A stretch of 64,000 nucleotides of DNA, taken from contig JAQGDQ010000087.1 of NCBI GenBank assembly GCA_030141605.1, positions 186,001-250,000 on the forward strand. The letters are read 5' to 3'. Under the pieces are notes generated by a model that was not told the DNA's origin, did not search any database, and saw nothing but the letters and a program-made list of their open reading frames with translations. The stretch comes from Tubiluchus corallicola (lineage: Eukaryota > Animalia > Priapulida). Both the position numbers and the translations under genes were made by a program. Below, one piece after another: positions 14,801 through 57,942 of this stretch (positions are counted from its first letter, which is position 1; each line of letters opens with the position of its first letter).

Positions 14801-15555
14801 TCGGTAGAAAAGGCAGCTAAACATTTCTTACTTTTCCTATTTCTAATTAAACTAAACAGCAGAACACGTATATTCTTGGAAAATTAATGACTAAGAATAA
14901 TTATTAATGGTTAATATAGATCGTCTTTGGGTACGCCTCCAGGCTTCGAGAATTGGTCATTTCTTTCTGCCTAATGGCACGATGAAGATTTGTGAGTGCA
15001 GCAGCTGCACAGATTGTAAAATTTCCCATGTAGGCTTTCCTACGTGAATTAGTTTAACGCCAAACCATTTTAAGACATTTATGGTCCATTATATTTAATC
15101 GCTATAGTTGGGATTTCCTATAAAATATGTTTTGCAAGGACCGTGCATTTCTCGGAACATGATTCAAGCAATAACAAATTTCATAGTTTCAAAAAACAAT
15201 AATTGCACTTTCAAATCTTAAATTTCTCGCTTAATTAATTAACAATTTAATTGTGGTCTACTTTTGTTGTCGAACAGTCAAAGCACTGCTAAGGCATATT
15301 AATAGAGTTTTAGAGCATCCAGGCGCTTTTGACATATCTAGAGCTTTTGAGTAAGGGACATATTACAAACTCTGTATCATGTGGCAGTGGAGTCTCTTAT
15401 ACCGTTATATCTTAGCAATTCAGGTTGTTTTTGATAAGCAGTCTTCTGTTCATGAAATCAATGCCGGTGTTCTTACTTTGTTCAGTAAACAATGTTCACT
15501 AATATACCATGATTTCTAAAACTTACAGTATGAGCTCAGATACTACTACTTCATA

Positions 15556-15559
<4 letters not shown>

Positions 15560-15606
<47 letters not shown>

Positions 15607-15638
15607 GTGCGTGCGTTCGTGCGTGCGTGCGTGCGTGT
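15560..15638. repeat. (TG)n/(TGCG)n compound microsatellite
   Basis: Seen directly. Confidence 0.95.
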
Positions 15639-17260
15639 AAAATATACAGCACTGCCCCATTGTGTTAGCGTCTGACATGTTGCAGTTCTTGAAGAAGCTT
15701 TACTTTGCTGCTGACCATCCATGTGGGTATCTTTTTCTAATCAGTACTACGTTTGTAATGGTACCCATGGCCTTCAGGCACCTTACATTAGAGTAGTATC
15801 TTACAAAACATGTTGAAAAAGCGGGATACCTCCTTGCTTTCCAAATCCATTGTCCGACCTTGCTGTGAGTGTTGCAGCCCTATCTGAGCTGGTGCCGCAG
15901 CTTGTTATCTAACTCACTTGACATACTATACTAAAAGCACAAAATCGTATTGACAATCTGGTCGGGTCCGATTTTAGGCCAGCCTTACAATCTTACTCTT
16001 TGAGTATCTTTTGCTACACTTTGCCTCTTTTATTGTGGAACACGCTTTCAAGATCTCTCGTGATTGGTTTCTAAATGCTGACGTGTTTGCTCAGAATAGT
16101 CGTTTTGTTGCTCCTTCCCCTACTTTACCCTAGGAATCTCTATAGAATAGTTGACTGCAATTCCAGCCTTTTCTCTGGGCTTTTACATTTGTAATTTTTC
16201 AACAGAGAAATTGTTTCCTGCGTCTTCACTAAGGCACTTTCAATACATATCACTTGATTCTTTCTAGCGATAAACTAGCTTTTTGTTGACTTGCTTCTTT
16301 TTTTAATTTTAGCCTTTATCTTGTGTAGTAACGTCTTCCGTAATAAAGAAAACACTAGAAAGCCAATTAAATTTCCTCGAAATATTCATTTTTTATTAAT
16401 TGAACAAAAATTATGCTGGAATAGACCTCACTTGAGTAAAGTAGACAGCGCCCTGCTTTAAATCCGTGTCAAGCGCATGACCTATGACTTACAGAGGCTT
16501 ACCTTCTTCATTTTAACTCTTTATTTCGAAATTGAATTCTATTCACCTTTGTACTTTACGTTCATGGAATGGCTGCACGTTACAGAGGCAGATGGGGCCA
16601 GGAGGCGATCTCCTGCTGTCTGAAAACAGGTCGATTGCTGTTCCGCGTCTGGAAGCCTGGAACGTAAATGTGTTTTTATTCGTGTTTTTGGTGCTCAAGA
16701 GATGAAGCCAGTTTGTTTGTTCTCTTGACTCCCCTTTACGATGGTTAGAGAAGTTATTTGGAAGGGCCTCATTTTTAGAGGTGCTCAGCCGCTCATTGTA
16801 TCATCATTCCGTACTTTTTTATCATGTCATCATATTTTCCGTTTCTGTCATATACTACCTCAACATTTGCTAATTGCTTTGTTTGTTAAATTTTACCATT
16901 TTCGTGTTTACAAAGTGCTCAAGTTGCCCTCTTTTCAGTTGCTCCCCTCGGTGCCAGTGACCTACCCTTTGATCTCCTGTATATATGAAGTTAATCAAGT
17001 GAGTTAAGGCATCAGTGCTGTTCGCTTAGTAATCCGCCTAGTGTTTCTTTCTAATGATCAGATTTAGCTGTTGATATAACCGTGCTGCTGTATTGAGTCA
17101 GTCATATTGTTTTTTTTTTACAAAAAAGAGGCATTAGCTGCTTTTCGTCCTTACATTAATAAGGACTGGCTAAAATTTTACGAGCTTTATAGCTGTCAGA
17201 GTTTTGTTTGCAGTAGGAATTTTAATAAGCGTGATGCTTCATCATCTAGGCGCATAACTC

Positions 17261-17407
17261 ATGAGGTGCTTTGCGATGTTTAACCGCTTAGCTGTCAAGT
17301 TGAAGAGAAGTCGAATCTCAACGCCCCCTAATGCACAGTGGATGACCCCGGGCCGAGGAAGCCAGGGAGAGTCGTTTCATCGCTCTCCGGGGGTGACGTC
17401 AGACCGG
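17261..17407 (+). CDS. Candidate alternative first coding exon of liprin-alpha (49 aa)
   Basis: ATG-initiated, locally GC/CpG-rich frame MRCFAMFNRLAVKLKRSRISTPPNAQWMTPGRGSQGESFHRSPGVTSDR ends at CGG|gtacga, a phase-0 donor compatible with the 21436 exon. No homology support. Confidence 0.35.
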
Positions 17408-17889
17408 GTACGAGTATTCAACTGTGAGATGTATGCTGCTGCCTTACTACTCATGTCCACATTTATGGTACGAAAACTTGCTGCTAAAATGTACTGACAA
17501 CATTAAGTTAGTTCTTGTCCTGTAGTTTTGTAAACTTGATAAGTTGACTGTCTGTTACTGCCACCCGAATTTCTCATTATTAAAAATGTAAAAAGCACTT
17601 GTTCTTTAATTCATTGTTTAACTTGAGCCAATGTTCGATGTATGCGTCATAACTGTGGCTGTCATACAAAAAAGATTCTAGCTTTGTGTGAGAGTTGATC
17701 TAACTAAAGTGCGCATGGGATGTGTCGCATTTCGAAAAGATACTGCATTTTAGTTTTAAATTCCTCTCTGCTTCGTGGGGGGAGTGTATTTATAAATTTC
17801 ATATGTGAGTTCTAATTTTTGCGTTTATTATATTTCCCGCGAGTAGAAAATAGCTGATTAATGTAATATGTTACTGATTTGATGCTTAA

Positions 17890-18350
17890 AGGGAAAGAAA
17901 AGGCAATTTTGAAGTATGTCCCAAGAAACTTTCCAAGCAAAGTTTCTACTTTTTGTACGCACTTGAAAGCCTTATGTAACCAGAAAAAAATGCTTAGTAA
18001 TTTAAAATGTTCATACCAACTGGTAAATTGCGAGCGATCTACCTTCCCATTGACCACCACTGACTCACCAAAAAACGTATTTTTAATCATATAATATAAT
18101 GTACAGTAACTTGTGCTTTTACTTATTTTGTGAAGTTTACGTTACGTATGCTGTGATTATTTTTTTCAAACTTTACGCAATATTATTTGAACTTGGCTGC
18201 GCTGCGCCTGAGTCGGCTGAGTTTAAATTTTCATGTTTTGTGCAGCGTTGTTGCTAATACAAGTTCTGTGCGTAATAAGGCGCACTATGTAGGCAATACA
18301 AAATCTCAAAACAAATTTTTTGACATATAAATAAATGGTTGTCTTGTGCT
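17890..18350 (+). mobile_element. Interspersed repeat copy 2, TTAA-flanked (Kolobok-like)
   Basis: TTAA|AGGGAAAG ... TGTGCT|TTAA; homologous to 11285-11809. Confidence 0.7.
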
Positions 18351-19170
18351 TTAATATGATTTGCCTAATTACATTCTGGTCTGTTACTGTCATCTCGGTT
18401 TTCTATGTTAAATGTTATTTTAGAAAACTAGCATAGTGAAACAACTATATACCTGTAAAGTTTATTAACCGAATTTAATTTTTTTGATCTGTTAAAGTCC
18501 GTTTTACCTTTAATACCAGTCTTGCAGAATCGATGTTTCTCTCCTCTATGCTTAGATCTCTCGTTGCTCTGGCATCTTCGTCGATTTGTCACAGTTAAGT
18601 TTAATTTTATTCCACTTAAGGTTGCAAATTGAGACGCACTGCGTAATCTGTTGGGTAAAGTTACTCGTACAAAAACCGTGAAGTGTTTGTGGGGTGATCA
18701 AGGTGAGCTAAGAAATAAAAGTAGCTTTCAAATGTCTTCATTGTGTTGCTTTATACAAACTACTAGGTGGGTAAGACGCACAAGCGGCTATTGCATATAT
18801 ATTTGCCGTTTGTATGATAAAGCTGTGTATCATCTACTAACTCTCATTTATCATTTATCATTTACTGTATGGACGCTTTTACGTCTGAAATAAAACTAAA
18901 ATTGAAAATTGAAAAGCATATAGTCAAAAAATGTAATCCAGCTGTTCGTCTTTCTAGGAAATTATGTGGTGTCTGGTTTTTAGGTAGCACTTCGGTTAAG
19001 GTGACTATATTTTTCATTCTAATGTTGAACCTTTTGGTTCTGTTTCGCCGTCGCTTAGTATTTTCAATATTTTTTTATTTCTGTACACAAAGGATTAATA
19101 TTTCTGGAGGACAGACAATAAGTAAATCAAATAAAACTGAGCTTTAGGATCTAACCTATTAATGTATTTA

Positions 19171-19174
<4 letters not shown>

Positions 19175-19244
<70 letters not shown>

Positions 19245-19278
19245 CTCTCGCTCTCGCTGTACCTCCCCCCTCCCTCTC
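19175..19278. repeat. (TC)n microsatellite
   Basis: Seen directly; source of the spurious RERERE ORF. Confidence 0.95.
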
Positions 19279-20132
19279 AAAATGCTGAAATTTAATTAGA
19301 TGCGAGTCAACCTAAGTGTGTGTGTGTGTGTATGTGTGTGCGAGCGTGCGTGCGTGTAGCATTGTAACGTGAGCTGTAGGTTAAAGATGAAAACAAAATA
19401 ATTGTATTCCAGTAGTCTACACTGTATAAACCTGATGGACATGTGACTTCTTCAACTGGCTGACAAAATGATAGTTATATAATAAGTTTACTGTTTTATA
19501 GATTACTCATACAAACCTATTCAAGATGTGGTTTTGAACTGCATTTCAAAAACATGCTGATGAAAAAGAATTAATATTACTTGAATAAATGCAATTACTT
19601 GGTTGGAAAAACCTCGTCTTGGATTAGTAGCGTCCTCGCGCTACTAATCCAGAGTTTTCAAACATCATCATCATCTGTTACGGTTCTACAGTATTCCCAG
19701 TTTTCTAATATAGTGTCAGCTATATTAGTAAAAATGAGTCTGCGACGTTTTGAGTTGTAGTTTACGAACATCTCAATGCGCAGCTGTTTTTGACGTCTTT
19801 GAAAATTTCTCTGAGCCATTTATATCGGTGAAACAAGACCATAATATATAATTCTAATCGCGAGAGACTTACTATTGTGAAACCAAAGATGGGAAACCGT
19901 GATTTAAAAAAACAAGATTAAGTCATTGCAAGAAGCATATAGTGTTAGTTCTGTAGAACTAAAGAAGGTATAGTATAAAAGAAAGAAACCATAGAAGGCT
20001 ATAATTTTAATTCATTTGCACAGATTTTTTAAGTGAATCCATTGCCAAACCAGTTCATTTTCTATTCATTATCTGGCACGTTGTAAGGAATGAACTTCGG
20101 TCTGTCATGATCGTTAGTGAATAAGTGTCGCT

Positions 20133-20207
20133 GGCGACGATAGTATAGTGGTTACGGCATGTGCCTTCGTAGCATACGTCCCTGGTTCAAATCCAGGCTC
20201 TGGTGCG
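20133..20207 (+). pseudogene. tRNA-derived SINE head / tRNA pseudogene
   Basis: A box TAGTATAGTGG and B box GGTTCAAATCC at tRNA spacing; T-arm CCTGG-TTCAAAT-CCAGG pairs, but the acceptor stem does not. Confidence 0.65.
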
Positions 20208-21435
20208 ATTTTTATTAATATTTCCCGTTTTTCAGAGTTTACTTGCAAAATTCAATTAATTGTGAGTTTGTGTCAACGTTGTTGTCTGTTCATTTTCAAT
20301 AGATGAATGTGCATTTTAATAATTAACGTGCCAGCTTGATACTCAAATCAAGAAAATTGTTCCACAGAAATTTAAACACAGTGACATTCATTACTTGTCA
20401 TACTCTAGTTTTATTTTAAGGAATATTAACAAGTTTTTAAGGAAAGAACAAAAGTTATTTTTCAACACAAATTAGTCATCATTTATAATATCAGAGGTGA
20501 TGTTTCTTAACAGATTTATTCACATTGTTACCCGCATAACGATAACGCGGTATCGTTATTTCACAGCCTGTTTAAACACATTAACGCCGATATTTTACCC
20601 GGCTTAATCTTTTAACGACGAAACAACTGCGGCCGTCATTTAAATTCATAAATTTGCAAATTTTGTCAATTTGTCTTACTGCAAAGTCGGCGGAAGGACG
20701 TCATTAATTCAGCTAATTAAGGAAAACGTTGTTTTTAAGACGGCGATATCCATTGCTAATGATATATTATGCATACAGCATAGCCTAATATAAATCAAGT
20801 ATACGCAGCACTCTACGGTCAATAAATAATTGTACTTTTAAGTTTGTAACAAAGAAACTAGAAACCATTCTTTAATAATTATAGTTAATTAATTATATTA
20901 TTAACAGTATAAATATTAATACAGCTTTGTCTGATAAGATTTACTTCTCTTTCCAGACACAAACAGACACGTATGAAATTTCACTGCGAAAGTAAACTTT
21001 GCAAAGACATGCATTATTTTTCTTTATACAAAAGCCGTATATAGGGAAGTCAGCAATTCAGATAAATTAATTACTCATTTACTTTTTATATCCATGAATT
21101 ACGAACTCTGATGTAGGATCAGATTAACATGAAAATTTAACCTAAAAATTAACATGATTAACATGAAAAAGTGTGATTGTCCCATTATTTAGGGCTTTGG
21201 TTTTGTGCTGCTTGCATATCGAGTATCTCGTTGAATTTTATTGAATTTTCTTCTTATTTTCAAGTTTTTCTAATTGTTTTCTTAACTCAGTTCAACATTA
21301 TAGACGCTCTATCTTATCATAATAAACATTTGTATCATGTTATACAACTCATGTGAGGTTATAAAAAACTGTAAACGTGTTCATATGACATAAATATCAA
21401 CTTTTTATTTATAACTATGTCTTTGCTTTTTTCAG

Positions 21436-52057
<30,622 letters not shown>

Positions 52058-54287
52058 CAAAATGCTGTTCGTAGCTAACTAGTTTAAATAATATTTATTA
52101 ACATAAAGGCTACTTCCAGTTGTGCTGTTGATGAGTTAACATGGAAACGCATGTTTATTTTTCACAGTGGTTGTTATAAATTAACACTATTGTACTTAAA
52201 TGATACATTCAGTTGAATGCCAGCAATTCATATTGATTCAGAGGTCAGTGGCCATATTAGAAAAAAACTGACATATAAATGTAGTAATATCAGTTGACGA
52301 AAATGCGTCATTTAGACTGTGGCATATCTACTGTGCAATATTGGATGTAATATTTGCATTTGAAACTGATTCACAAGTACGGTTTTTGCAGTCCCGTACT
52401 TAGCATTAGCTATAGCTGCATTTAGTATGTAAACACTAAACTGATAGTTATGTTGTATAAACTAACTTAATACTTTTGTATAGGCTGATTGTAAATTTAA
52501 CTGTAAATACCTGTGTACAATGTTTTAATGATAAACTGTAATGTTTACATGTATATAAACTTAATAGGTGGTGTGAAGCAAAACTAACACCAAACTGCCA
52601 AACAGTGTAGAAATACTGTTATTAATATTTTTGTGCGATAAGGGAGTCTATTTACAAATCAAACAATAATAATAATAAACAAAGACATTGCCACTGTGCA
52701 GAAAGCCTTTTTAAATGAGAGCTGTGAACAGAATAATGTATTTTTAATGTTATGATTAGTGTAACACTTATTTTATATGTGATGTTTCTCTTGTCCATTG
52801 GTGTTAATTGTCTTGTTACTAACTGTTGCATATGTAACTTGAATGTGTAGCAGTTGTTTCTGAAGCTTTATTTGTCTGGTTAAACTTTTTGTAACATTAT
52901 TGTAACAATGCTGTGCAATAAGGAGACTTAAAATATGTTGGCATAAGCTTGTATTAGTAAAATTATTAACTGTAAGCTCTACATTAGTCCTGCAGAAGCA
53001 ATGTCAGCCTCGGAAGCAAACCTGAGTGCAATATAATACAAAGTTAAATTACAAGTTTGAATGAAAGTAAATTTTTTCAACTTTTGAGACTAACTTGACT
53101 GTAGCAGTAATATAATGTTAATGGCTGCATCCGTAATGTTATTTGTGAACTTGGATTCTTAAACTAACAATGTCTTATAGTGCTTTGTGCACCACAAAAT
53201 ATTAAACTTCTAAGTAAAACTGGTCGTATAAAATGTTGTTATAAGAACTTTTACTGAACTCCTTAGCAATTCATGGTTCTTGTACTTTAATAACCTCCGT
53301 TTATTTTTTTTAAATACAGAAAGCAGGCAGCCATTTTATTTGTCATAGTACTTCACCTTATAATTTTATGAGAAAGATAATCAAGGACATTTTATTTGGA
53401 ACATTGTGACCTCATTATATCTTCGTCAGTAATTATTGTCAATTTGACTGTCTCTTACGACTTAAAGGTGCTATTCTTAATGTTAATCACGAGGCAATAT
53501 ACAGACGTAATGGTCATTGGTCAATTTGAGCAGTACATAAAATTTGCGTGTCATTGCAAAAGTCAGTTACAGTACACGTAAGGTATGGCTTGCAGTGGGA
53601 CATGAGTAAATGTTTGCTGTCCAGTATTTGAAAATTGAAATAAAAGAAACTTCCACCTTAGTGGTATCAGAGAGCTCAAGCATTTTAAACTACTGTATTA
53701 TGATATCGCTGAATATACATGTAGTAAGATTCTTAATAGTTGTGTCATTATGAATTTGCTCTTTACATCATCTTACTTATAGATCTTCTTGTCTTAATTG
53801 TTTTCTTCCTTGTTATTATCATTATTATTATTATTAAGTGATTTTACACTTATTTCTGACAGTAGATCAACCTCTACCGTGTAGCGTAACCTCTGCATTT
53901 TCATTAAAATGTGCAGAATGAAGGACGACAAGCATTCCTAGCCTGTAATCATGGTGTATTGATGTATTTGTTGTTTGTTATGTGCTTACACTGTGCTTGG
54001 TATTGTTTTATGTACATTATTGAAACGCTTACAACTTATTTTATTTTTATTTTTTATTTCTTGTAAAGCATTAAAGTGTGGCTCTCTGCAAATTGGAATG
54101 TAGCACAGTAACCGGGCCTAGTTAATGTAAACAGTTGTGGAGGGGCCTGAACCTAGCTCGTTTCATCTAGCACAATCTTTCTGCACTGAGGCACTGAACT
54201 AACAGAGTTGTCATTCGGATACATTTGCACTCTGCGCTGAACGAGGTAAATAGGGCAGTGAAGCAGATGAAACTGTCCAGACGCATA

Positions 54288-54332
54288 TGGTCACCCATCC
54301 AATTACTAACTATGCCCTGCATTACTTAACTG
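54288..54332 (-). mobile_element. 5S rRNA-derived segment (SINE3-like)
   Basis: Minus strand reads CAGTTAAGTAATGCAGGGCATAGTTAGTAATTGGATGGGTGACC, matching the 5S internal control region (box A ... GTTAGTA.TTGGATGGG.GACC). Confidence 0.7.
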
Positions 54333-55002
54333 CGCAGCCAAGCACTCTTGACTGTTCCCATTGCCTTATCTGGCGCCAAAACAATATTAAAATGTAAAGT
54401 ATTTCGTGTTCTGTCCTCAGTGCTCTCAGTTTGCATTCTTATGGCTTCTATTATGGTTACAGTAGGATGGTTTCACACTGTGAAACGACTTGGAACTTAG
54501 TGAAATAGTGCAGAGGACATCTGTCATGAAAAATTAACTGTTTATGTTATTTTGGGAAGTGTGCAAAAGAAAAACTTTATTGCTGTTTTGTTTCAAGCAA
54601 TCTAATCACAGCTTTGGGAACTTATGAATAGCCTTTCCTGAGACCTTGGAATCAAAGTAAATTTCATTCTTAAAGCCAAAGAAATTGACCTTTGTTGACT
54701 AATGATTTCGGTATTGTCTGTGTATTTTTAAGCGAATCAGCAATCGAAGAATCCAATACTTAGACATCTTTCATCAGTTTACATGAGTGATCATTGGTTT
54801 CATAGTCTGTAGAACACTGTTGTGGCAATCATGCAGAATAGATCATTACCTTAAATTTTCGCTTGCAAATTTGTAAGAGGTTCTTCTGGCCTCAATGACT
54901 TTTAATGGTAATTACTAATCAGCAGTGCCACTCATGTAAACATGGTGTTTGCTAAAGTCATATTCTTTTATGGACAACTGTAGAAATTATAATGAAAATT
55001 AT

Positions 55003-55132
55003 GAAATGTTTGTTACTATTGTTTACTGCTGTAATGTTTCTGTCTTAATGGCATCTACTGTGGTTGTGAAATGTTTGCTACTTTTGTTTACTGCTACAAT
55101 GTGTCTATTTTTATGGCATCTACTGTGGTTGT
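55003..55132. repeat. Diverged ~65-bp tandem duplication
   Basis: GAAATGTTTG.TACT.TTGTTTACTGCT...ATGGCATCTACTGTGGTTGT occurs twice. Confidence 0.8.
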
Positions 55133-56714
55133 GGTTATAGGGTTGTCACGTAAATCGCATCGAAAGTAAGTGGTTGTGGAGAAATTTTTGTCAAATTGAA
55201 AATCAAAATTTTGTGTGTAAATGTATACAATAGTTTTTGCTCTGTGACCAAATCCCTAATTTGTGTACTATCATAAATTAGAAAATATTAATAATACTTG
55301 CTTAAGTACTCCTTGTATAGCATAACCCGAGGCAATATTTTTTATTGTTTGTGTCTTGGCTTCTATACGGCCAGAGCTATTCCTTCTAACGAATTAGGAG
55401 ATATTGTTGTTATCTATTATTATTATTATTATTATAGTGTTAATAATTATGAAAGTTACGTGGTCATTTTTCAAAAGAAAAGAGTAAAATAAATCACAAG
55501 CTTTTACATGCAACTGGTTCATAGTTTTATAACGCTTGTTACAGATTTTTCTTTATTTATGTACTTCCTGGTTTATGTAATTAGTGGTAAAAAGAGGCCC
55601 TATCGATAAAAATTGAAAGTCCAAAATGCTGCGCCAGTAGTCTTTAAGCGCAAAATAACAGATGCTGTATTATGTGAAAGGAGAATGCATCAATTATTGT
55701 AATTGTGCAAAATACTTATGAAACTACGTGATACAAATAAAGTTTAATGTATGAAATGGTTTTACGAAATTAAGAAAAAAACAGTCTTTATGAGAATACA
55801 AAATAGTTTATATATCTCTTTTTGCATAACATGAAGTGCAGAGAGTTGATACTATGTCAGCGCTTCGGGAGCCCTAACATGCAAAGGACCTACATACTTT
55901 TAATCTCTCACTCGGCAACACACAAATACAACTAGATAACATATTAAGTAGTATAGTAAAAGCGTCTAGTACATGTAATAGTTGTACAGAGTTACATGCA
56001 CTTACCACAAAAACCAAAACGAAAACGTCTTAATAAAACCGAAGCCATTGTGTGAAAGCGCGTTCAATCAGAATTTCTTAATTAACAATATCACCAATAT
56101 TCATTTGTGACCTGCACTTTTTTCTGATCAACAGTGTCAGCGCCCATTTAATTCAGAATATGATTATTATTCTTATTACAGACTAATTACAGTCATTGCT
56201 TAAAGTTCAAGTAACGAGATCAAAAAATGTAATATATGGATCGTTCACATTCGACTTCACGATGATAATACACAAGTACGTTAAAAACGTGATGTGAGTT
56301 GCAAATATGTCAGTGTAAACATTACATTAACCTGGTGATAATAATTTTGACAGCACAATTAACATTGCCATTCTTACTGAAATAAACATATATCACCAGA
56401 GTTTTTTTATAAACCAAACACAGTAGAGATTTATCGGTCCAAAGAACTTACCAGTCGTGTTGAAAAGTAAAGCCGCTTTCATACATTTGTAAAAACTGAA
56501 ATGGGAGTATGCCTTACCAGTCACAGTGGCCAGCCAGCGACTCTTTATTAGTATTTTTAACTTTTTACGAATTTGTAACTTCGAACACTCTAGCGTTTTT
56601 TTTTTATTCTTTACATGTGTACACAACATCTTCAGCTATTCGTTGAAAACATTCTTTCATTTTGATTGGCGAATCTCACTGGCGTTATAGTATAACAGGA
56701 ATTAAGACTTATCC

Positions 56715-57200
56715 TCAGAATTTTGTAATTTCTACCCGATCCGACTCGCACACATCATTTATTTGTTTCTTTTCAGCTTTTTCTAATGTCTCACTTTCTA
56801 ACCTCTCACTGGTTTCACTTGAGCTTTCTTTGATGGCATCTTCAAGTAAACTAATAGCTGTTTTCGTGTCGAGACTGTTAAATCTCTTATGACTCGGCTT
56901 CACACTTTCTAGAGTGTTTTCGGAAGAGTGTTCTTGGACAGATCTGCGCTGCCAAGCTTGTTCAGATATGTCACCATTGTTACTACACATTTTACCATCA
57001 CCATTGCTTTCGTCATGTGAATTTGAGCCCACCAGTGACACTATAGACTGTCGCGTCTTTTTTTCTTCTCTGATAACACCGTATTTAGCACCCGTTGATG
57101 GGCATGTCAAATTGCTTCCACGCGGAGTTTTGTCCAGGACGATTTCAATATCTTCACCAGGCGTTGCGACAGCCATGTTCAGAAGAGTTATAAGTATGCA
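56715..57200 (-). CDS. Uncharacterised Ser/Glu/Lys-rich ORF or terminal exon of a convergent gene
   Basis: 153-aa ATG ORF (57176) with natural protein-like composition and good context (aacATGG). An in-frame acceptor ttttccatag|TGC at 57200 could make it a phase-0 terminal exon. No family recognised. Confidence 0.6.
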   Translation of the reverse strand, partial: CILITLLNMAVATPGEDIEIVLDKTPRGSNLTCPSTGAKYGVIREEKKTRQSIVSLVGSNSHDESNGDGKMCSNNGDISEQAWQRRSVQEHSSENTLESVKPSHKRFNSLDTKTAISLLEDAIKESSSETSERLESETLEKAEKKQINDVCESDRVEITKF

Positions 57201-57526
57201 CTATGGAAAAACGTTTAATGCTGCAGATCAACAGAAGACTGCCCGATGCTGCAGAGCATTTTTCTCACAATGAATACATGATATAACACTCCTAGTTTTC
57301 TTTTGTAAGAACTGGTATAGTGAACAGTTGTCCGTCTTCATAGGAAATATTTCAGTGTTTTTTAACCAAGAGCTGTTAAATATGACTTTTTGTAATTAGT
57401 TTAGTCGCTTCAGACGCCACGGGTACTTCACATTCCACGCAATGTGATATAACCCTGAAAAAATAAATTTAAAAACTCCACTTATTAGAATTCAGTCTAC
57501 CCAACGTCTATGAAAAGCAAAGGAGT

Positions 57527-57942
57527 CAGGAGCATATTAACCAATAGGCTAACTAGGCTATAGCCTACGGCGCCAAAGTTTGAGGAGCGTCACATTTTAG
57601 AAAAAATTCGTATTCTCCTCGGAAAAGGTGTATACTTTCATATTCGTATAAAAGGCGCATTTTATAACACACCACAGGCAGTTACTGAGCTCTGCTCTTA
57701 TGTAAGTACCACGTAACGAATAGGTGTAAGGCATTACACAGCAAGCAATTGTGGAGCCTGCTTAAATATAAGCACTATGCAAATACATGCAATTAATAAT
57801 GATCACGTTTAAACTAGGTTTTTTCATACACCACAAGTAATTGTTTAAAGTTCTCATTACTCAAGCAACCATGAATTCATATTAGAGATGGGCGGAATAG
57901 CACTATCAGCCTAGGGCGTCCTAAAGTTTTGATACACCTCTG
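57527..57942. mobile_element. hAT-like MITE
   Basis: Ends CAGGAGCATA ... TACACCTCTG; internal AGCCTA(C/G)GGCG(C/T)C near both ends; near-matching 8-bp flanks aaaggagt / aaagagtt. Confidence 0.55.

Noticed and set aside
15660-16620. Possible LINE ORF2 remnant (GPDQI-like motif on the minus strand)
   Set aside because: Too degenerate to support from sequence alone.
17365-17405. Hammerhead-like core on the minus strand (CTGACGT...GAAACGAC)
   Set aside because: Lacks the required CUGANGA core and a paired stem II.
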